Assembly: GCA_964016885.1 (NCBI GenBank)
Contig: OZ024742.1
Coordinates: forward strand, 177,010,001 to 177,074,000
DNA: 64,000 nt
Direction: 5' to 3'
From: Eledone cirrhosa
Lineage: Eukaryota
Below are positions 54,607 through 64,000 of the stretch, one piece after another. A program made the position numbers and the translations under genes. Position 1 is the first letter of the stretch, and each line of letters begins with the position of its first letter. Below the pieces are notes generated by a model. That model made no database searches. It worked only from the letters and a program-made list of their open reading frames with translations, and was not told the origin of the DNA.

Positions 54607-55023
54607 AAGCAAAACTGATAGAATTTCAAGAAATATAATCTTTGGATAATAGATTATTTCCATAAATCAAGCCGTGTTTTAATGGAATTAAGTGAGAAAT
54701 TTACCGATCTGAGAAATAGCAGGCGAATTTGAAACATGGCTTTGGTTTTAGTTGGAAACAAGCAATGTGATTAAAGGCAATAATGTTGAACATCCAGACA
54801 GAATTTGATTTGCATATTTCTAACAAAGTTAATGGAGTAGTGTACAATGACTGAAATTATTCAAGAAACAGACATACAGAAAGATAGCACCATGTTACTG
54901 TATATTGACAGAAACATACAGCCTTACATTCAAATATATGATTGTTCCCTAAACACACATATATATACTAACGTACACACAGAGGAACTTTTATATGCAC
55001 ACACAACACACACACCTACACCT

Positions 55024-55070
<47 letters not shown>

Positions 55071-55075
<5 letters not shown>

Positions 55076-55345
55076 GATATTAAATAAATGGAAACTATAT
55101 TTATAAAACCATATTTATTTCATTATACATATTTCAGGGATACCAAATTAAAATATGGCATGCCTTCGTCAATTTAATTTGGTATCCCTGAAATATGTAT
55201 AATGAAATAAATATGGTTTTATAAATATAGTTTCCATTTATTTAATATCGTATATCTACTCCAAAAACTTGTCGAGTGCTTTATATCAGTTTTATAAAAT
55301 ATTTACTTGTTGTATCCCAACAATTTTAAATAAAACTTTTGCATA
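55071..55345. mobile_element. Second fold-back of the 34 kb HHR family
   Basis: Minus arm reads (t)TGACGA aggcatgcc...ggtatccct GAAA tatgta TA atgaaata and lacks stem I. The tail matches the reverse complement of 33970-34058. Confidence 0.85.
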
Positions 55346-55873
55346 TATATATATATATATATATCCTAGTGGTAATAGTTACGTAAAATATAGAGCAACT
55401 CAAGTTCGTAGGCCGAGTTTGAATACGATTATTAAGGACAGTTACTACAACGGTGCCATCCAAACTTGGACTAACTGAGAACGATAACATATGTACAGAG
55501 GTTGACAAAATAAGTACTGCGGCCGTATGGTTGGCTAAATCCCACCATCTCTGTAGTCTACTGACTGAAACAAATGAAAGAAATATAGATAATTGCATTT
55601 TGGAGGAGAATGATTGGTAACATTTCTAGAGCAGCAGTTTATAATTGCATTCTTGTATGGTCCATGTTCAAATCTTCCTGAGACCCCTTTTTTAGTTCAT
55701 CCTCCAAAGGGGATATAACTAATATGTGATTAATTTGATTGCGTACCGTCAATCACCTTTATATTTTCCCCTAAATTTACCTGAAATCATTAAGTGCATC
55801 GGGATGCTTCTAGGCTCTATGAAATAGCAACAGTGAAGGACTGGTATCGATATAATTGACGTTCTTCTCCGCA

Positions 55874-56315
55874 GAAATTGCTGGCCTTGTGGCGAAATTA
55901 GAAGTTACTAACTACATCAGTGTAGCGAGGTGTCATTATTGGTGGATTGGCAGTATCGGTAGAGGGTCGGACGCCATGCTTTCCAGCATAGTTACGTCCC
56001 TTTACGATCTGAGTTCAAATCTCGCCGAGGTTGACTTTGCCTTTCATCCTTCCGGGGTCGATAAAATAAAGAACCAGTAATGCACTGGGTAATTGCTGGC
56101 CTTGTGCCTAAAGTAGAAACAATTATTGGTGGATTGGCAGTATCGTTAGAGGGTCGGACGCCATGGTTTCCAGCATAGTTACGTCCCTTTACGGTCTGAG
56201 TTCAAAACACGCCGAGGTTAACTTTGCCTTTCATCCTTACGGGGTCGATAAAAATAAAGTACCAGTAATGTACTGAGTAATTGATGGCATTGTGCCAAAA
56301 TTGGAAACAATTATT
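55874..56315 (+). mobile_element. Head-to-tail tandem family A SINEs
   Basis: attattggtggattggcagtatcg occurs at ~55935 and ~56122 (~187 bp period), with a preceding tail fragment. Confidence 0.85.
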
Positions 56316-56834
56316 ATATGTTTAATTTAAACAGTAATTATTCAGTGAAGATGAAAACCAGTTAAGATTAATTCAATCTTTAGAAATATCTGACGTATAG
56401 TTGCTAACATGAGAGTGTTTATCTAGATATCCACTCGAACGTGGAAAGTTACTTTAATTCTAACACCACTTTTATAACAAACTTTAACATTCATTTGCTT
56501 AGATTGATTCTCTATAGCCAACGCTTAATGATTTCCTTTTCATTGACGCTTGATATTCTACCATTGATTGGAGTTGCAACATTACGAAGGCATTTACCAG
56601 CCAGCGAAGCGCACTGTATAGTCACTCGTCTTGCTATGAAGAGCTGTGATTTTCATTGTCAAGGCATGGCCAAATTTTTAAAAAGGATACGACAAAATGA
56701 CATATTGTGCCCGAACAAAAAGACTTGATACCTATAGATTAACCATTGAACATGTATCTATTCAATCATGGTTGCCCTAGACATAAAGAAAGTTTGATTT
56801 TATTAGAGACTAAATGATGCAGTATAACTTTTAA

Positions 56835-57895
56835 TTTAGGATAAAGGCCAGCAGTTTACGATGCGTGTGAATCCGATCACATCAATCCCAGTACTTGACT
56901 GGTACTATATGTTATCCTCCCTGAAAAGGTTTGATTTGAACTCGGGGCGTTAAGCCCGGACACACTATCGGACGCGCTAATTATTAAACAAATCAACTGC
57001 CCTTAAATAAATCAATATAGATATAAACTTGAATCATACTCTAAGCATGGACAGAAGAACCTTTGCATTCCAGAAAGCTTTTCTGACATTAACATTTCGT
57101 ATTTCCTCTTTCTTTATCATATTTCTATCGAAATACACGACTTCAAGTACACTAATATCGAAATACACTACTATCGAAATACACGACTTCAAGTACACTA
57201 CTATCGAAATACACTACTATCGAAATACACTACTTCAAGTGCTTCAAGTAATTAAAATATCACAATTTTAAGAACTTTAAAATCGTTTCTACATTTGGCA
57301 CTAGGCCAACAATTTGAAGGAAGGAATAAAGTTAATTAAATCGACAACAGTTTGTTACTGCTACTTAATTTATCCACCCCATAAGGATGAAAGGTAAAGC
57401 TAACCACGATGGGATTTGAATACAGAACATAAAGGTCCGTAATTGTATACCACAATGCATGTTCTCCGACACCGTACGGTTACTGTCAAGTCACCGCATA
57501 TGTAAGCAACTTAATAAAAGCAAGTTCCCTATTAAACTGATATGATTCGTACACATTATGATGGAAGGGATTTACATACATATAAACACTTTAAAATAAA
57601 CAGATTTGTACCACAGAACCAATGGTAGTTTGCGATGGCTTGATGTCAAAAGTTTAAGACCAACATTGACGAGTAAATTAGCTGGGAAAGCTTGAGAGTG
57701 AATTGTTGTCATTAGTGTTATTAAGATGTTTCACCGCCCGTAGGCATATAGGGCCGAATCACTTAACAGTCAGAGTGAGTGTTTTGCGGTATTCGTTCCG
57801 GCTATCTAAGGTCAAATCAAGCGAAGATAAAATTCCCTTTCATTTTTCCGAGGCCGAGAAAATAATTATAAGCCCAGTACTGGGGTTGAACCTTC
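56835..57895. mobile_element. Cluster of three diverged family A SINE copies (~56835-57005 minus, ~57283-57500 minus, ~57700-57895 plus)
   Basis: Variants of aaggatgaaagg.aaag and actggtact. Confidence 0.65.
57126..57248 (+). repeat. Minisatellite of 16 bp (tatcgaaatacactac) and 14 bp (ttcaagtacactac) units
   Basis: Directly visible. Confidence 0.9.
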
Positions 57896-57953
57896 CCCTA
57901 TATTTATTTCTCACTACTTCCTCTCTGACCATCTCACTTTCTATTTCTGGTAG

Positions 57954-58146
57954 AAATCTATTGTGTTCAGATCAGGAGAGGAAATGCTTTCCGCCAGGTT
58001 CTCAATGCTCCAGAAAAAACTGTGTATCATGAGGGGACCCCTACGATTTCACCAAGAGTTATGAGTTCATACAGACATATGACCCAAATATGTCTAGAAA
58101 ATATAAGCACTCTCATACATTCGACGAAACTATGAAGCATATATGA
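57954..58146 (+). CDS. Candidate terminal exon
   Basis: A pyrimidine tract and TAG acceptor precede the open frame IYCVQIRRGNAFRQVLNAPEKTVYHEGTPYDFTKSYEFIQTYDPNMSRKYKHSHTFDETMKHI*. No recognised homology. Confidence 0.2.
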
Positions 58147-58249
58147 AGTTGATACGCCAAACATAAGAGTAGATTATTTTTTAAATCACATCACATTATC
58201 TTTTTAAAACAGGACACGTTGAAGTATGTAATAGTTATTTCTAAATTAG

Positions 58250-59175
58250 GTTCTTTATTTTATCAAACCCGTGGGGATGAAAGGCAAAGTTAACTTCGGC
58301 GAGATTTTCATTCAGAACGTAAAGGGACGTAACTATATGCCACAACGCGAGTTGATATATGCTCTACCGATATGGCTATTCCACGGACCGCATAAGAATG
58401 TAATATTGGTTTCTGATTTAGGCACAAGGCCAGCAATTTTGAGAGAGGGGAGGAGTCGATTATATCGACCCTAGTGCGTGACTGGTACGTTATTTTATCG
58501 ACTCCGTAAGGATAAAAGGCAAATCTAACCTCAGCGGGATTCGAACTCAGAAGGTAATGGGCCGTAAATATGCGCCACAACACATGCTGTCCGCTGTTCT
58601 ACCGATATTGCTATTCCACGGCTCCCATAAGAATATAATAATGGTTTCTTATATAGGCACAAGGCCAGCTATTTTGTGGGAGGGGACATTCAATTAAATT
58701 GACCACAGTGCGTGACTGGTACTTTATTTTATCGACCCCGTAAGGATGAAAGGCAAAGTTAACCTCGACGGGATTTGAACTCAGACCGTAAAGGACCGTA
58801 CCTCTATGTTGCAAAGCATGGGGTCCGACTGTCTACCGATACTGCCTCTCCACCGCCCTCCATAAGAATATAATAATTGTTTCTACCTTTGGCACAAGGC
58901 CAGCAATTATGCCAGTAAATTACTGGTACTTTATTTTATCGACCCCGTAAGGATGAAAGGCAAAGTTAACCATAAGAATATAATAATTGTTTCTACTTTT
59001 GGCACAAGGCCAGCAATTATGCCAGTGTATTACTGGTACTTTATTTTATCGACCCCGTAAGGATGAAAGGCAAATTTAACCTCGGCGGGATTTGAACTCA
59101 GACCATAAAGAGACGTAAGTGTGCTGCAAAGCATGGCGCCCGACCCTCTACCGATACTGCCAATTCACCGCCCTT
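58250..59175 (-). mobile_element. Tandem array of ~5 family A SINE units
   Basis: The junction cataagaat.taata.t.gtttct recurs at ~58391, 58626, 58861 and 58971. Confidence 0.9.
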
Positions 59176-59964
59176 ATATAATAATAAAAAGTAAACTATG
59201 CCTAAAATCAAATTCATGGTTGTAAGAGTTAGAACGTCAATGTTTGTAAGAAGTTAAATCGGGGCTAACCTAAATAAAACCAATGATAACCACAAAAATA
59301 ATCATCAATCTCCCATCCCCACTTCTCGCTCTAAAATATACATTCTTTGTGGCAAGTAAAGAGGAAATTAATATTAGTTTGAAAGCATCGGACAAAATTC
59401 CTTGAGGTATTTAGTTACGTCTCTATTTTCTCAGGTCACATCGAAGTTCGGCCGAGGTCAACTTTGTCATTTTATCATTCCTGGGTCGATAAAATCAATT
59501 ACCAGAATGGAGGTCGATATAATCAATAAACCCATCTCCCAATTCTAGGTCTTGTGCCTCTGTTGGAAAAATCAATCTTAGTTTGAAAGGACGTATAGTC
59601 TCCGAACATAGACAAGTTGTGAAAATGTATGTTGCAATATCTACGCCGACGCAGCATAGACGAATGATTAAGAATTTCTTTTCACAATTATCATGTCCTG
59701 TGTTCCACCCCATGGAGTGCCAATTTAGACATATGTCACTTACTATACATTCAGGTCGACCCATGCAGTGTTAGTGAAATTGTGTAGAGTAAATTGTTCA
59801 TAAGCCTCTCGAATGGGCAGCATATGTTATTATTCAAACGTTCATTTCAGTCACGCATTGCGTCTTTTTGTATTTCCAAGACAAGAATATCTAGTGTGTA
59901 CCTCTATGGGGAATTCTGAGTCTCTAACACATTAATTTCATTCTTTAATTGAATAATTGGAACG

Positions 59965-60655
59965 TCCATTATCTAGGACTGCATCTCAATGCAAAGAAGA
60001 CCGAAATCATGCATTACAATCAGGTTGATTCAGCTCCAGTTCTTGCTAAGGACGTTACAATCAAAACAGTTGAGAACTTTAAATATATTGGTGCATGGAT
60101 GCACGGCTCACGCAAGAACTTTGAAGTTAGAAAAGCATTAGCATGGTCGGCATGCCACAAGCTACTGAAAATGTGGAAGTCCGACCTAAACCGCAAAATC
60201 AAGGAACGCCTCTTCCTAGCAACTATTTAATCCATCCTGCTTTACGGCCGTGAAACGTGAACTATTCACAAAGTGTTATACAAGAGACTTGACGGATGTT
60301 ACACGAGGATGTTGAGAATGGCTCTCAACATTTCTTGGAAACAGAAGCTGACAAATAAAGAACTATACAGATTACTACCACCAGTCACAAAAAGAGTTGC
60401 CTGCCGAGGAATGAAACTCGCTGGGCACTGTATCCCTCATCCAGAAGAGATTGTATCTCAACTTGTGCTCTGGAAACCGGCGGTCGGACGAAGAAGCGTG
60501 GTAAGACAGGCCGTCTGATTCATTGATACTCTGCTGAGAGATGCCAACATTGATAATATCGATGAACTGAGAAATGTCATGCTCGACCGGGACGATTGGA
60601 AAAAGCGTACCGAATCTTTGCGAGTGTATGGTAAACTCGGCCGAAGAAGAAGATT
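59965..60655 (+). mobile_element. 3' end of an RTE-group LINE with a (GAA)n tail
   Basis: LGLHLNAKKTEIM, VENFKYIGAW, RKALAWSAC, SILLYG.ET, LDGCYTRMLRMALNISW and LAGHC. Ends gaagaagaagaa. Confidence 0.88.
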
Positions 60656-60847
60656 ATCTAAAGCAAGACGGAGGTTCTTTCAAATATGTGAAATACGATA
60701 ATCCTGTCATGAGAATGGTGATGCCATTGACATCCTGATCTTAGTTGCACAGTAATCCCATGTGTGTATGTGTGTGTGTGTATGTGTGTGTGTGCGTGTG
60801 CGTGTGTGTGTGTGTGTGTGTATATGTGTGTGTGTATGCATGGATTT

Positions 60848-61165
60848 GAAGGTGATTAGCTGTGTGGTTAGGGTATTCAGCTAACGATCCTGAGTTCGTG
60901 AGTTTGATTCCCGCTTGTGCGTTGTGTACTTGAGCAAGACACTTTACTTCACGTTGCTGCAATCCACTCAGCTGGCAAAATTGAGTTGTATCTGTGTCAC
61001 GCGGAATCTCCCCGACAGGTACACGTGTTTGTGGAATCTCCTTTAAGGTACACGTGTTTGTGGAATGCTCAGCCACCTGCCCTGTAAATTCATGTGCAGG
61101 CTGTCACGTTTATCTCATCAGCAGGAACACTCGTCGTTGTAACCGACAGAGTACCACAACAACTA
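60848..61165 (+). mobile_element. tRNA-type SINE, family B (CORE/V-like central motif)
   Basis: A box tagctgtgtggtt, B box gagtttgattcc, central tgtgtacttgagcaagacacttta and an acaacaac tail. Confidence 0.75.
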
Positions 61166-63244
61166 TATATGTATAAAAACGTATACCTGTATATGTTTGT
61201 ATATGTGCATAAATATTTGTGTGCGCATGTGTGTGAATATTTGTGTACGTTATCATTTTATCACTGATCATATATATGTAATCTATATCAGATACAGATA
61301 AGTTAATAAGATGGAAGGAACGTCGCTAAGTAAAAATTCTTAAACTCTTCATCTAGTTTAATTTAACTTCCTATTTCGGTTTAACTTTTGGATTTGGAGA
61401 TATTTATTTTTCTCCGAGAGGATATTGTATTTACATATGGGGAAATTAAGAAAGTAAATAGAAGCAGGTATAAATGAAGAGTTTCTAGGAAATATAAATC
61501 ATTGTCTACACCATGTATACTCACATACATACGTACACTAACCTACATACATACCGACGCACCGTCACACATATGTGTACATATATTTGTGTATTTTATT
61601 TGTGTGTGTGAGAGAGGCAAAGAATAGTTGTTTCTATGAACGTATGTGTGTATGTTTGTGTTTAAATGTATGAGTATTAGTTCCTATGAGAGGATGTGTG
61701 AATATATGTTTCTTTCGTTATGCAAGAAACACAAATGTTTCCTCAAAAGTGAAAACCAAAGTTAAAATGGCGAAACATCCTTGGAAACCTTTATTGAGAA
61801 TTTTCTTTTACGTTGAAATCAGGTGAAACATCTTGAAGTAAACTGTTGAAAAATGTCACGACTTTCGGAAATTAGTTACTGGAAACAACCAGGTATTTAC
61901 ACACTAAATCTAAAGGGTTATTCACGTATAATTTTATCGTTAAAAAGAAATATCATCAGAAACCTAAGAAAATGGAAATTTTGTTTGTCGATTTCGTAAT
62001 TATCATTCAAAACTTTAGTATATTTACTGAAAGTCATGGATAGTTATATTAGTTTCAAAATCTTACTTCAAACTATCCTCGCATGACAGCATTGTGTGTA
62101 GTGTATGAGTGGAATATGATGACGTAAAGCTTTATATATTTATTATTTCTATATTTTCTCAATGTACATGTCTGTATAGAGTGTGTAAGACATACTGTGA
62201 AGGATTATAGTACTACTTATAATTATTAAAAAGAAACAAGAGAAAGACAGGGAGAGAAAAAGAAGAAATAAGATGACAGAATAAATATCAATAAGAATAA
62301 GGGGAAATCAAGGAAAGTGATAAAGCATTTAAATGTTTGTTGAATACTTTCGTAATCCCGCAAAACTAAGTGGCTTTTTAAATATCAGCCTCAAGAGGTC
62401 TTTTTCCACAGAAAGTTTGTTCTGTTCTATGAAATAGCAGCTGCAAAAATAGACAGATATATATTGTATATTTTCTATGTAGTGTTTAGGCATTAAGAAT
62501 AAACTACATTAATAATTTCAAAATTAAAATGATTTCTTTAAACTACAAAGCACATACAAAATTTGTGAAGTGTCTAAATTTGGCTAGCATGTCGAAAAAG
62601 GAAGGTGTAACATATATCTCAATCCCGGAGTCTCATTAGACCGTTGCTTATCTTAGCGCTGCGCAACTGAGACTATATGGCACCCTCAGAAGAAAACACC
62701 AGTATATCACAGGTGTAAACCCTGATCTACAACTGATACTAATGTTTAGAACCACATGGAACAACATGAGATGAAGTTTTGTGATCAAGAACACAAAACA
62801 ACAAAATTAGAATTCTAACATAGGGGATTGCATACATGTAATTATGGGGTTTATATCGAATAATGATAATAATCATATTCGATTCGTTTGTAAGCAAACG
62901 TCATCATTATGCTATGTTTTTTTTTTGTATGTCCATCGTCATCCGTTTGTTCAACAGTAGCATCGAAGGACATTCAACATGTTTCTTGATTATTTCCCTT
63001 CATCAGGAGTGTATACTTCTCCAATACTCGTCTGAACAGTTGAGATTAAGAGAGAAGGAGGTTGATTTTGAACTTTATTTTGCGTATGGCTACACCCCAT
63101 CAGAATATCTCATTGGCGTCAATTGTTGAGCAGCGAGAAAAAATCCCCTAAACAACAATTCTATATAACTAAAACATATGCTCTACAGCTTGTATTGAAT
63201 CTCACTTTCTTCGTTCGTTCCCTGAAAGAAATACCTAAACATAT

Positions 63245-63345
63245 AATAATTGTTTCTACTTTAGGTACAAGGTCAGCAATTACCCAGTGCATTACTGGTA
63301 CTATATTTTATCGACCCCGTAAGGATGAAAGGCAAAGTTAACCTC
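63245..63345 (-). mobile_element. Family A SINE 3' half
   Basis: actggtactatattttatcgaccccgtaaggatgaaaggcaaagttaacctc. Confidence 0.85.
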
Positions 63346-63814
63346 ATATAATAATGTGTGCTTCAACGGAAAATGAAACCTGCACCATATAATCTCTTGG
63401 CTGCAGATCAATACTTTAGACAACACACGGTTTGATATTCCATTTACAATACAATATTAATTAATATAAGTTAACAGAAAGGTAGAGAAAGTATGATGTC
63501 TGGAATTATAGAATGAAATTACGCACCAAATTGAGAAAAGACAAAAACATATAACATCATCAAAACAGAGAGTATACTGACCTGCTTTCCCTACAAACTA
63601 CAATTCGTTAAGTATGATAAATTAAAAGCTATCAAACTGCGATAAAACATTCGAAGCATTACAAAAAAAGTTATTAGATTTTAATGGAAAATGTTTAGAA
63701 ACGTAATGAGAAAAATACAGAAATATTGTGCAAATGAGATTTTCGAGACAAATAATAGAAATCATTCCTGAAAACCTCGTTACACATGTGCACACGCATA
63801 CTTCATAAACACAC

Positions 63815-63855
<41 letters not shown>

Positions 63856-63897
63856 CGCACACATACATATATATATATATATGTGTCTGTGTTCAGG

Positions 63898-63934
<37 letters not shown>

Positions 63935-64000
63935 ATTATAATATACTAGAAAAAAATTATAGATGTCATGACTGAGACATTGACAAACATGCGCCAACAC

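Noticed and set aside
57126-57248. CRISPR-like short repeats
   Set aside because: No unique spacers, eukaryotic context and no cas genes; this is a simple minisatellite.
62960-63015. Minus-strand CTGATGA with a good stem II
   Set aside because: Followed by CGAT instead of GAAA and no stem I closure; at best a truncated half.

Overview
AT-rich, microsatellite-saturated eukaryotic DNA. The SINE and repeat content suggests an octopus/cephalopod genome, but this is an inference. I found no confidently identifiable host gene; two weak candidate exons are listed. The window is a nested collection of decayed transposons: four Penelope-like elements (PLEs, two of Naiad type), two Helitron segments, a Tigger/pogo transposon, mariner fragments, RTE-type LINE remnants, a near full-length R4/Dong-type LINE, a non-autonomous RTE-like element and many tRNA-type SINEs. 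The main signal not explained by ORFs is a dense set of type-I hammerhead ribozyme (HHR) motifs (CTGANGA-stem II-GAAA-stem III-TH, closed by stem I). By eye I count about 20 complete, partial or degenerate copies from at least 10 unrelated sequence families. They sit in PLE pseudo-LTRs, in short fold-back mini-elements inside (TA)n tracts, and in tandem 410-540 bp retrozyme-like units that could release circular RNAs. All folds were done by eye, and element boundaries are approximate.
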